Assembly: GCA_965209155.1 (NCBI GenBank)
Contig: OZ242383.1
Location: forward strand, 2,912,001 to 2,976,000
Reading direction: 5' to 3'
Length of the DNA: 64,000 bases
Origin: a bacterium
Lineage (GTDB): Bacteria > SAR324 > NAC60-12
Position 1 is the first letter of the stretch. Each line of letters starts with the position of its first letter. Below, in pieces: positions 1-9,269 of the stretch. The notes beneath the pieces are model-generated. The model worked only from the letters and a program-made list of their open reading frames with translations, had not been told where the DNA came from and made no database searches. Position numbers and translations under genes: made by a program.

Positions 1-50
1 AGATTTTGTTGGTATGGGTCATAGGAGTCCTATTTTGCTTTGCGATTGTA

Positions 51-1007
51 TCACTTTTTTTTATTTTTGTAGCTACCGGTCCCCCCTCTCAAACTGGGGT
101 CAAGTAGGTCTCTGACGGCATCTCCGAGCATATTGATGCTGTATACCGCGATAGCGAGGGCGAGACCTGGCCATAGGGCAAGCCAAGGCGACCGCAGCAT
201 GTATTTGAGTCCGCCTCCGCTGAGCATGCCCCCCCAACTGGGAGTGGGCGGAGGAATCCCGAAGCCTAAGAAGCTGATAGTGGACTCTTCTATAATCATC
301 CAGGCCATTCGTGTCGTCAGCAGGACAATGATGGGCGCCATCACATTAGGCAGGACATGTCGTAAAAGAATGGAAAAATTGGTAGCCCCAACGCCCCGTG
401 CCGCTAACACATACTGGTTCTCTTTAATGCCAATGACCGCCCCTCGAATTGTCCTGGAGCCGCCTATGCCGGTTGTAACGCCCAGGACGACGATCACCTG
501 CACCAAACCAGGTCCGAGGACCGCCATCACGCTCAGGACTAAAAACAAACCCGGGAAGCACATCCAGGCATCAACGAAGCGCTGGGTCACCATGTCAAAT
601 CTGCCACCGAGATATCCGGATAAGATGCCAATCATTGCAGAGATGACGGTGGCCAGAGCGGAAGCAGCCAGACCTACGGTCATGGAGATACGGGCGCCAT
701 GAATAACGCGAGTGAAGGTATCGCGTCCGAGTTCATCCGTGCCCATAAGATGTTTGAAGGAAGGGGATTGGAGTCTGTCAATCAGATTAATTTCATCCCT
801 GGCATAAGGGGTCAGCACGTCGGCAAAAATCCCGGTCAGGATCAAGAGGATCACCAACACGCCACCCACCGTGCCCAAGGGCTTCTCTCTCACCAGTCTT
901 ATCACCAGATCGACCAGCAGAGACCTTCTCTTTGACTCGTTCAAAACTCCCAGTGGGGTTGGGTTCGAATCTTCAACTGTTGCTGCTTTGGTTTCTCGAT
1001 TCATCAC
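51..1007 (-). CDS. ABC transporter permease, DppC/OppC family
   Basis: N-terminal OppC motif (HLMGTDELGRDTFTRV), EAA-like loop (YVLAARGVGA), C-terminal LGDAVRDLLDP; last gene of an SBP-permease-permease operon. Confidence 0.93.
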   Translation of the reverse strand: MMNRETKAATVEDSNPTPLGVLNESKRRSLLVDLVIRLVREKPLGTVGGVLVILLILTGIFADVLTPYARDEINLIDRLQSPSFKHLMGTDELGRDTFTRVIHGARISMTVGLAASALATVISAMIGILSGYLGGRFDMVTQRFVDAWMCFPGLFLVLSVMAVLGPGLVQVIVVLGVTTGIGGSRTIRGAVIGIKENQYVLAARGVGATNFSILLRHVLPNVMAPIIVLLTTRMAWMIIEESTISFLGFGIPPPTPSWGGMLSGGGLKYMLRSPWLALWPGLALAIAVYSINMLGDAVRDLLDPSLRGGTGSYKNKKK

Positions 1008-1056
1008 TTAATCCTGGAATCCCAATAGACCTGGCTCAGGTCAAAGAGCAGAATGA

Positions 1057-2004
1057 CTAACGATACTTAATCCGGGGATCCAAATAGGCATAGCTCAGGT
1101 CAAAGAGCAGATTGACGAACACAACAAACATGGCAATCAACACGTTGAGCCCGGCCAGGGCCACATAGTCTCGATGACCGATAGCGATCAGCAGGTACCG
1201 ACCCAAGCCAGGCAGGTTGAAGATCTGCTCCAGAACAACCGTTCCTCCGATCAATGACGGGATCATCACCGATATCAGACTGACGACAGGGATCAGTGAA
1301 TTTTTCAAGGCATGCCTCAGGATGACCACTTTCTCCCTGAGCCCTTTTGCCCAGGCCGTTCTGATGTAGTCCTGCCGCAGAACCTCCAGCATCATGCTGC
1401 GGGTCATTCTCGTGAGCGTCCCCGCCAGAAGCATGCCCAGAATGGTAGCTGGAATGAGGAATTGGAACAGGTTTCCCGCGGGGTCATCGGTAAAAGCAAT
1501 GTATTCCAGGTGCGGCGTCCAATCCAACCAGATCGAGGGGTATACCATGATTATTATTGCGAGCCAGAAGCTCGGCACGCAAATAGCGAGGGTTGCTGCT
1601 GAGCGGGTGATATAGTCGCCTGCAGTATCCTGCCGCATTGCCGAATAGGTGCCGATGGGTACACCTATCAGTATCGAGATTATCAGTGCCAGGAGACCCA
1701 GCTCAACGGAGACTGGAATTCGAGGCAAAATATCATCGAGCACCGGACGGGTTGTCCAAAGCGAATTCCCCAGATCTCCGCGCAGCAATTGCCCCAGCCA
1801 ACGTCCGAAGCGGATATGGACGGGTTGATCCAGACCCATGGAGGCCTTGATTTTATCAAGATCCAAGGCGCTATACTCCATTTGTCCGAATTGCGCATCC
1901 ACCACATCGCCCGGAATCAACTGGAACATCAAAAAGACGATGAGCACCACAAAAAAAACGGTCGGAATGAGGAGCAACAACCTTCTGATGATATAACCCG
2001 TCAC
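1057..2004 (-). CDS. ABC transporter permease, DppB/OppB family
   Basis: YIIRRLL start, GDLGNS, QDYIRTAWAKGL EAA loop, RHALKNSLIPV, LDPRI end. Confidence 0.93.
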   Translation of the reverse strand: MTGYIIRRLLLLIPTVFFVVLIVFLMFQLIPGDVVDAQFGQMEYSALDLDKIKASMGLDQPVHIRFGRWLGQLLRGDLGNSLWTTRPVLDDILPRIPVSVELGLLALIISILIGVPIGTYSAMRQDTAGDYITRSAATLAICVPSFWLAIIIMVYPSIWLDWTPHLEYIAFTDDPAGNLFQFLIPATILGMLLAGTLTRMTRSMMLEVLRQDYIRTAWAKGLREKVVILRHALKNSLIPVVSLISVMIPSLIGGTVVLEQIFNLPGLGRYLLIAIGHRDYVALAGLNVLIAMFVVFVNLLFDLSYAYLDPRIKYR

Positions 2005-2107
2005 AACACTTTGCTAAGTTCGTATTGTGTTCATTGCGTTTAAACACAGGGATCGAACTGTTTGCCTGACCCCTGTGTTGCTGAATTGTCAAACCTGTAG
2101 GCTCAAG

Positions 2108-3868
2108 CTACTTTCCCATCTCCGTTTTCATATCCTGGTCAATCCAGAGACGGGCATCTTTGGCACCCCAATAAAAGATGCCAGGAACTCCTCCTGTCTC
2201 AGTACCTCGGAGCCATGGTTGAGCGACGGTATAGCTTGCTCCCTGAGGCATGCTCACGAAAAACGCCTGTTCCATGGCCCGCCAGTTCATTTGCTTGGTG
2301 AGCTCCCAGCGCTTCTCATTGTTGAATTCAGCGCCTGCCTTGGCGTACATTTCGTTGTACTTCTTGTCATTGGTTATGCTCAGGTTATAGAGATAGCCCG
2401 GTGTGAAGGGAGTCGTTGTATCGAAAGTGCTGGACCACCAATGCCAGTGAACGACCATCTGATCGTACGTTTTGCCCAATCGCACCGTATTGTAGTCTGT
2501 CACTTCACGACTGTCGATTTTGACCTCGATGCCTACTTGGGCCATGTAGGCTTGGAAAATCTGTGTGAGTTCCGTATGTTCATCTATACTTGCAGCTAGT
2601 ATGTTCGTCTTGAATCTGATACCGTCCGCACCCCGAGGGTACCCTGCGGCATCAAGGAGTTTCTCTGCCTTTTCGGGGTTATAACTAAGGACCTCCTTGA
2701 CACTCACCCCGGCCGGATTGTCCTCAGGCCAAAGCGGCGCGTCAGGGTACTCCTCGGGCCGGACGTAGTTTGGCCAGCCTGGGTACATCAAGGTTAAGGG
2801 ATTCTGTATGACATCACCTTCAAAGATGCTTGCAGTTACTGCCTGCTTGTCCATAGCCATATTCATCGCCTGACGGACCCTCACATCGTCAAAAGGCGGA
2901 GTCTCGTTTCTCGGTTTAAATACTAAGGAGGCATCAACTCCACCCCTGAAATAGTTTAGCTCAGGGTTGCTTTTCTGGAGTTCCAATACATCCGAAACTG
3001 GTACATCATACATTCTATCGACCTTGCCGGTCCGCAATGCCGCTAGCTTGGTAATTTCATCTCCCATTATTATAAACTTGACCGCGTCGGCATAAGGCAG
3101 CTTGTTTTGCGGATGTCTCTCGTCGTAGCCCCAGTAGTCCGGGTTCTTTTTCAGGAGTACCGAAGAGTCAAGGACATAGTCTTCGAATATGAACGGCCCC
3201 GTCCCTATATCAAACTTCCAGTCTTTGATCTCGTTGTCTTTCGGATCCGCAACTTCCGAAGGCACAATCAAAAACTTATCAGTACCGCCCAAGATCCTCT
3301 CTGCCATCTCGACTTTTCCCGGAGGCTTTAACTTGAATTCGAGTGTGTACTTGCCAGTCGCTTTTACCGTTTCTATCTCCTTAGCCGCGTTTTTGTCGGT
3401 CCACTCACTCGTCATATGGCGGTTATAATTCCAGGCAACATCCTCAGCGGTCAGTTCGCGACCATTAACCGGGGGCTTGTTGTGCCAGCGAACCCCCTTG
3501 CGCAGTTGGACCGTGATGCTCAAACGGTCTGAAGCAATCTGCCAACTCTCGGCCAGCATTGGACCCAATATCTCCACCGGATACCGATTCCCTGTGTGAG
3601 AGGAAGCCATCAACGCCTCTTTGTTTTCAGCCCAGTCGCCCCAAGCGAGCTTTTCAAAAACGTAGGTCAGTGGCTCCATACATCCGTAGCGAAGAATGTC
3701 GAAGTTATTACAAGTAACAGAACCTGGTTTGCGCGGGAGATTGATCGTCCCCCCGTATTTTGGCTCATCCGCGGCAAAGGCGTGAGGTGCTGCCAGCACA
3801 AAGGCCATCATCAGCAAATTAATTTTCTTGAAAGATCCAGATAGGATTCCCGTTTTTTTAATAGACAT
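2108..3868 (-). CDS. ABC transporter substrate-binding protein, family 5 (DppA/OppA-like)
   Basis: Signal peptide ending AFA, PKYGG, LAESW, RELTAEDV, GTGPF, KNPDYW, FDDVRVRQA; SD AAGGAG upstream. Confidence 0.93.
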   Translation of the reverse strand: MSIKKTGILSGSFKKINLLMMAFVLAAPHAFAADEPKYGGTINLPRKPGSVTCNNFDILRYGCMEPLTYVFEKLAWGDWAENKEALMASSHTGNRYPVEILGPMLAESWQIASDRLSITVQLRKGVRWHNKPPVNGRELTAEDVAWNYNRHMTSEWTDKNAAKEIETVKATGKYTLEFKLKPPGKVEMAERILGGTDKFLIVPSEVADPKDNEIKDWKFDIGTGPFIFEDYVLDSSVLLKKNPDYWGYDERHPQNKLPYADAVKFIIMGDEITKLAALRTGKVDRMYDVPVSDVLELQKSNPELNYFRGGVDASLVFKPRNETPPFDDVRVRQAMNMAMDKQAVTASIFEGDVIQNPLTLMYPGWPNYVRPEEYPDAPLWPEDNPAGVSVKEVLSYNPEKAEKLLDAAGYPRGADGIRFKTNILAASIDEHTELTQIFQAYMAQVGIEVKIDSREVTDYNTVRLGKTYDQMVVHWHWWSSTFDTTTPFTPGYLYNLSITNDKKYNEMYAKAGAEFNNEKRWELTKQMNWRAMEQAFFVSMPQGASYTVAQPWLRGTETGGVPGIFYWGAKDARLWIDQDMKTEMGK

Positions 3869-4254
3869 AATTTCTCCTTTATTCTTATTTAGATTGAAGG
3901 GTAACTATTCGGTTCTCTGAAAAACCCGTTCAGTTAAATATCATTAAAAAGATTTCCGGAGAGGACTGATCGTTTTCAAGTCCTCCCACGATATGGTTCC
4001 ATCGATCGGGAACCCTCTCTTTCACTAAAACAACTTAGTGAAGGCATGATTTTGACAATATATATTTTTTGCATAATGTCAACCCCCAAATAAAAAAATG
4101 CAGAATTCGTAAAAAAAATTTAAAAAATCTATCAATCAGAGGGAGATCCGCTTCTTTATAATCATGAGCCAAAAAGCGAATGTTCACTCCACATTAGTGC
4201 ATAAGCCAAGTGACTGAACACAGGCCGAAAGCAATGCGCACGGGCTTTATATGG

Positions 4255-4277
4255 TTCTCGTGCACGTGTCACGAGAA
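4255..4277 (-). terminator. Hairpin downstream of GH20 gene
   Basis: TTCTCGTG-N7-CACGAGAA perfect 8-bp inverted repeat 20 bp past the stop; no clear U-tract. Confidence 0.35.
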
Positions 4278-4296
4278 TGAAAGACGAGGAGTGCAT

Positions 4297-6171
4297 TCAG
4301 AAAATCGAATTCACAGGATGCGCAGTCTCCGCATATTCTTGCAGGTGAACCTCTAACATGCGGGTGCTGTCCCGCAGTCCACCTTCACGATTTCGTATCA
4401 TCCAAATGCGTCGATATTCTCCCAGAAAGGCGATCAAATCCATTGCCAATCTTTTTCGGGTATTCGAGTCAGCAGTCGTTTTTTCCCGAATCGCCATTCC
4501 TCGTTGACAAGCATATAAAAGAAATTGAGCGGCATTTCTACATTCGTCGGCAACCAGCACCGCATCCGCTCTTTGGCTCCTGGCCCATTTCAGGGGTTCC
4601 ATTGTTGCAAGTATAAACTCAGCGGTCTGTTGCAAAGTGATGCAGGTAATCCCTTCCGAAAGATTTTGAGTTAAAGGACGGACCAAAAGGTGGAAAAGAG
4701 CACTGGCATTTTTAACAAGCTGCCCGACTTGCAGGTAAGTATTTCCTAATTCATAGACCAACCCTCCCATCACTCTGGCGCGATCTTGAAAGATATGGAG
4801 ATCAAGCGCCGGGACAAAATTCATTTTCTGATTGGTCTCATAACACCAGGAGAAAGCGGCACCTGCAGCAATTCCTAAAAAACTGAAGGGCAAATGCTGC
4901 CAATGCCCTTGATCCCCCCAATCCGTGATCAAATAACCGATTGCTCCATTTTTCCTTCCGTAGAACGCGGCATTTTTCAGATTTTCGAGACAGTTTTTGC
5001 TACGTCCTGTTATGCTGCGCCAGGATGAGGTACCCGGGCAAACATAAATCGGCAATCCAGCTTGCGCAAAGGATTTGCAGTGATCGTCAAAAGGGTGATC
5101 GGCTTCATAACCCCATTCCAAGGGGACCACATTATCAGGCAATTTTCCTATCAACTCCGGATACTGGATAATTATGTCTCCCCAGAAATGCATAGTTAGT
5201 CCTTGATTCGAAACGAGCCGATGCACTTGCAGAAGAAATTCCAGGTAGACGGGGCCCACTCCCTTTTGCCGGCAGAGTTCTTTGTTTTTTCCTTGTCCCA
5301 AATCCAGGCACTCGTCCAATCCCACATTAATTTTACGGCTTGTGAAATGTGGGAGCAATTCGGCATACAACGCCTCTAGCAGTTTCAGAGTTCGGGGATT
5401 GCGGGGGTCCAGGCTGAATGGTTGCTCACTTCGTCCTCCCCAAGGCCATTCGAATCCGTTTGGACATTCCGCCAAATGACGGTAACGTGAAATTTGAAGC
5501 CAGCGCTGCCAATGGCCCAGAGAATTCTGGTTGGGAACCAGCTCGATAAACCGTTTGCGACAAAAGGCATCGAGGCGCAAGACGTCCTCACCCGTCAGCG
5601 GACTCGCTTCTGCCCAGACTTCCGGATGATCGCGATAGGCGAAGGTATGCTCTGTGTACAACTCCAAATGATTGATTTTCAATTCTGCCAGTTGATCAAT
5701 CAATGTAAAAAGAGTGGAAAGCGTAGGAACTTTATCCCGGCTTATATCGAGCATTACTCCACGTACCGGGAAATCCGGATAATCTTCCAATATGCAGGTG
5801 TGAAAAAAACCTGAATTTTGGCGCAGCCACTGTTTGAGCGTCATCACCCCGTAAAACAATCCGGCACCATCTTTGGCCAACACCTCGATTTTCCGAGTGG
5901 TGATGCCGAGACGGTAACCTTGGGGCGGAACAGGCGCACCAGGAGTGATCCGCAGGACGATACCTTCCTGAACCTGTTGAGTTGCATTGATTGCATTCAA
6001 TTCCAATTGAATCCTCAGTTGTTCCCGACATGCTTGCTGTAAACACAGGGCAATGGGGAACCAGACGAGAGGATCGCCTTGACCAACGAGAGGTTGGCGG
6101 GGCATCAATCGGAAAACCCCTCCTTGAAAAATCAAATGGCGTGGTTGTGGAATGAGCGTCAATTCATCCAT
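4297..6171 (-). CDS. Glycoside hydrolase family 20 (beta-N-acetylhexosaminidase-like)
   Basis: LIPQP start, DYPDFPVRGVMLDISR, NSLGH, catalytic D-E pair in NVGLDEC; no signal peptide. Confidence 0.9.
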   Translation of the reverse strand: MDELTLIPQPRHLIFQGGVFRLMPRQPLVGQGDPLVWFPIALCLQQACREQLRIQLELNAINATQQVQEGIVLRITPGAPVPPQGYRLGITTRKIEVLAKDGAGLFYGVMTLKQWLRQNSGFFHTCILEDYPDFPVRGVMLDISRDKVPTLSTLFTLIDQLAELKINHLELYTEHTFAYRDHPEVWAEASPLTGEDVLRLDAFCRKRFIELVPNQNSLGHWQRWLQISRYRHLAECPNGFEWPWGGRSEQPFSLDPRNPRTLKLLEALYAELLPHFTSRKINVGLDECLDLGQGKNKELCRQKGVGPVYLEFLLQVHRLVSNQGLTMHFWGDIIIQYPELIGKLPDNVVPLEWGYEADHPFDDHCKSFAQAGLPIYVCPGTSSWRSITGRSKNCLENLKNAAFYGRKNGAIGYLITDWGDQGHWQHLPFSFLGIAAGAAFSWCYETNQKMNFVPALDLHIFQDRARVMGGLVYELGNTYLQVGQLVKNASALFHLLVRPLTQNLSEGITCITLQQTAEFILATMEPLKWARSQRADAVLVADECRNAAQFLLYACQRGMAIREKTTADSNTRKRLAMDLIAFLGEYRRIWMIRNREGGLRDSTRMLEVHLQEYAETAHPVNSIF

Positions 6172-6244
6172 GAATAACTCCGATGGTCGTAAATGAAAAA
6201 ACAGGATATTCGCATCAACGCAGTGTTACTGAAGGACTGTTGTA

Positions 6245-6270
6245 GTCGATGCTGAAGCCCCGACTTCAGC
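6245..6270 (+). repeat. Dispersed palindromic 20-mer repeat (intergenic copy)
   Basis: GTCGATGCTGAAGCCCCGAC, 18/20 identical to 23592-23611; GCTGAAG/CTTCAGC hairpin. Confidence 0.55.
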
Positions 6271-6314
6271 GACAACGGAGGACAGCGGATTCAAGACTGT
6301 CGGGACGAAGGATT

Positions 6315-7556
6315 TTATCGATGGCAGTTAAAATATTGATCCGAGGAGGTCTGATCCGCAGACTCCTCATCTAAAGGAATGATCATCTGGACCAGAGTGG
6401 TGCTGTCTCCAATGGCTTGACCTTGTTCCACGTCCAGAAAGAGATTGATAGTGGGACCTTTCAAATAAATTCCTTCTCGATTGATTTCAGCATCACCCTC
6501 TAAAATAATCTTCTGATCCGTTTCACTCACATGCGCCTTTTCTGCTCTCGCCGCCCTGCCTGGTTGCTGGAGACAGACATCCTGCTCCGCAATACTGGCA
6601 ACCAACTCCCGATCTTCGTTGAAAAGCAAGATTATCTTTCCTGCTTTCAAGTAGAGCTCAAGCTGGGGTCGCGTTATTTCGACATTGCCTTCAAAAATTG
6701 CCTGCTTTTTCTGGTTATCAATTAATGCGCGCTGAGCTTGAATAATGGAAGGTGGCGGCTCCGGAACCTCGGAAGACGTCCCTGCGTCTTCGAGTCTGTA
6801 TTCGACCTTTACGCGATGGTTGGAGTCTCCCACTACCTCAGAAACTCCCGCCCTGTGGTCCAGGTATGCAGTTGAGCCATAAAGGACGATTCCTTCGTCT
6901 TCGATGACGACGCTACCCAGCAGGTCCAGCTTCTGTGTGGCACGATCATAAATCGCGCGATCGGAGGTGACCTTTCGTTGCAACTGGATCACCTGCACGT
7001 TGTTATCAGCAATGATCTTATTGTAACGCTTGGATCCTTCTGTAACAATTCGTACCTTATCTGCAGAAAAAATGATATCATCCTTGGGAATGCCACCTTG
7101 TACGCTTCCTGTCAGCAAACTTTCTCCTTTTTCAAGATCAACCTCTGTTTTCTCCGATTGAACCCATAGTTTATTCAGCATTGCATGCTTGAGGATCAAG
7201 TCGATTTGCTCCGCTTGTGGCGCATTTCGCTCCGGGTCCCGTATGCCTTCCAAGATTTTCACAAATTCGGTTTCAGAGGTATAAAGCTGATTGAGCAATG
7301 GACGGAGCGCATCCAAAAGAGACTGGGGCACATTTTCCTGTCCTAAGGTTTGCAGGGTTCTTTCCGTGATTCTGAAATTTTCCGCTTGCTGATTTGCGTT
7401 AATGGAGACAGCTGAAGTCATCACCCCGAGACAAATAAGGCCGCAGAGCATGAATTGGCACTGAAGTCGACGCCTCGGCTTCGATGCCCGGTACGGTCCT
7501 TTCCCGAAGGAGAGGATACGAAAATTCTTGTTGCGATGGTAATCAAATGGTATCAC
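6315..7556 (-). CDS. LptA/OstA-like LPS transport periplasmic protein with two beta-jellyroll units; start uncertain (7556 GTG or 7451 ATG)
   Basis: Repeated OstA-type motifs (AIYDRATQKLDLLGSV, AIFEGNVEITR, KIILEGDAEI); hydrophobic N-terminal segment; follows pyrG. Confidence 0.7.
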   Translation of the reverse strand: MIPFDYHRNKNFRILSFGKGPYRASKPRRRLQCQFMLCGLICLGVMTSAVSINANQQAENFRITERTLQTLGQENVPQSLLDALRPLLNQLYTSETEFVKILEGIRDPERNAPQAEQIDLILKHAMLNKLWVQSEKTEVDLEKGESLLTGSVQGGIPKDDIIFSADKVRIVTEGSKRYNKIIADNNVQVIQLQRKVTSDRAIYDRATQKLDLLGSVVIEDEGIVLYGSTAYLDHRAGVSEVVGDSNHRVKVEYRLEDAGTSSEVPEPPPSIIQAQRALIDNQKKQAIFEGNVEITRPQLELYLKAGKIILLFNEDRELVASIAEQDVCLQQPGRAARAEKAHVSETDQKIILEGDAEINREGIYLKGPTINLFLDVEQGQAIGDSTTLVQMIIPLDEESADQTSSDQYFNCHR

Positions 7557-9216
7557 TTTCTTTTTCCTTTTCAGGCGATGAAGCAAAAGCTTCAGCACCA
7601 AATACTTCGGATTGATTCAATTCACTTTTATAACGGTATGATGCCGCGATGAAAGCGGCAAAGAGGGGATGGGGTGTTAATGGTTTCGACTTGAGTTCCG
7701 GGTGATATTGACATCCGATAAACCAGGGATGATCGTTCAATTCGATCGTTTCCACCAGATTTCGCTCCACGTGATGTCCGGAAAAGACCATGCCGGCTTT
7801 TTCCAATCGAGGAACGAACTCATTCATCACTTCGTAGCGGTGACGGTGTCGTTCGACGATATGTTCAGTTTGGTAAATGGACGCAATGAGCGTTCCCGGT
7901 TTCAATTCGGCAGGATAAGCTCCGAGGCGCATGCTGCCTCCCGTTTCCTCAATTCCCTCCTGCTCCGGCATCAAATCGATGACATTTGCTCTGCCTTGGG
8001 GGGTGAATTCTCCGGAACTGGCGTGGGCGATCCGGGCAACGTTACGCGAAAATTCAATCACTGCCAGTTGCATCCCGAAACAAATACCGAAAAAAGGAAT
8101 TTTTTGAATGCGAGCATAGTGAACCGCCTCTATTTTCCCTTCAGTCCCTCGTTCTCCAAATCCTGGAGCAACCAGAATCCCATGCGAATTTTTCAACAAC
8201 TCCAACACGGTGCCCCGCTCCAATTCTTCAGAGTTGATATAGAGCAATCGAACACGTAACTGATGCGCAATACCTCCATGAATCAACGCTTGATTCAGGC
8301 TTTCGTAGGAATCACGATGCTCGACGTATTTTCCGACAAAGGCAATAGTCACCTCGTCGAGTGGATTCTTGAAGCGATCCACCGTGTCGGCCCATGCTTG
8401 CAATTTTGGACGGGCTGTCCACATGCGCAAATATTCCACGATTTTTGCGTCTAAACCTTCTTTATGAAATATGAGAGGCACTTCATAGACGCTATCCGTA
8501 TTTCTGCCATTGATCACCGCACCTTCCTCCACGTTCGTGAAAAAGGAAATTTTCTTTTTAATGTTCTGGGGCAAGGAATGACGAGTACGACAAATGAGAA
8601 TGTCGGGTTGGATCCCGATTTCTCTCAATTTACCCACGCTGTGCTGTGTTGGTTTGGTCTTCATCTCTCCATTGTCGACGTAAACAATCAAAGTGAGATG
8701 GATAAAGAGCGTGTTTTCCCGTCCATAATCGTGACGGAATTGGCGAATGGCTTCCAAAAAAGGCAGGGATTCGATATCCCCGACCGTCCCTCCAATTTCG
8801 ACGATGGCTATATCCGTGTTTTGAGATGCCTGTCGAATTTTACCTTTAATTTCGTCAATAATATGAGGAACCACCTGGATCGTTCCTCCCAAATATTTTC
8901 CGGCTCTTTCCTTGCGAATGACGGCGTCATAGATTTGACCGGTCGTACAGTTGTGTTTGCGAGTGAGAGTTGCATTGGTAAAGCGCTCATAATGTCCCAA
9001 ATCCAAATCGGTTTCTGCTCCATCTTCCGTGACAAACACTTCTCCATGTTGATAAGGATTCATCGTACCCGCATCGACATTGATATAAGGGTCCAACTTC
9101 ATCAGTGAAATGCTCAATCCCCGGCTTTCCAACAAGGCGCCTATGGATGCTCCCGCAATTCCTTTACCCAACCCGGAAACCACGCCTCCTGTAATAAAAA
9201 GCATTTTCGTCTGCAT
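7543..9216 (-). CDS. pyrG: CTP synthase
   Basis: FITGGVVSGLGKG, KLDPYINVDAGTM, KTKPTQHS, GICFGMQ, ERHRHRYE, QYHPE; likely start at ATG 9216. Confidence 0.98.
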   Translation of the reverse strand: MQTKMLFITGGVVSGLGKGIAGASIGALLESRGLSISLMKLDPYINVDAGTMNPYQHGEVFVTEDGAETDLDLGHYERFTNATLTRKHNCTTGQIYDAVIRKERAGKYLGGTIQVVPHIIDEIKGKIRQASQNTDIAIVEIGGTVGDIESLPFLEAIRQFRHDYGRENTLFIHLTLIVYVDNGEMKTKPTQHSVGKLREIGIQPDILICRTRHSLPQNIKKKISFFTNVEEGAVINGRNTDSVYEVPLIFHKEGLDAKIVEYLRMWTARPKLQAWADTVDRFKNPLDEVTIAFVGKYVEHRDSYESLNQALIHGGIAHQLRVRLLYINSEELERGTVLELLKNSHGILVAPGFGERGTEGKIEAVHYARIQKIPFFGICFGMQLAVIEFSRNVARIAHASSGEFTPQGRANVIDLMPEQEGIEETGGSMRLGAYPAELKPGTLIASIYQTEHIVERHRHRYEVMNEFVPRLEKAGMVFSGHHVERNLVETIELNDHPWFIGCQYHPELKSKPLTPHPLFAAFIAASYRYKSELNQSEVFGAEAFASSPEKEKESDTI

Positions 9217-9269
9217 CACGTCCCTGAAACCCGCCTCCATTGCTTTATATCTTTCACGTACACGATGAC

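Noticed and set aside
4043..4057. Sigma54 promoter GGCATGATTTTGA for the first ABC operon
   Set aside because: Wrong strand for that operon and one base short of the required spacing
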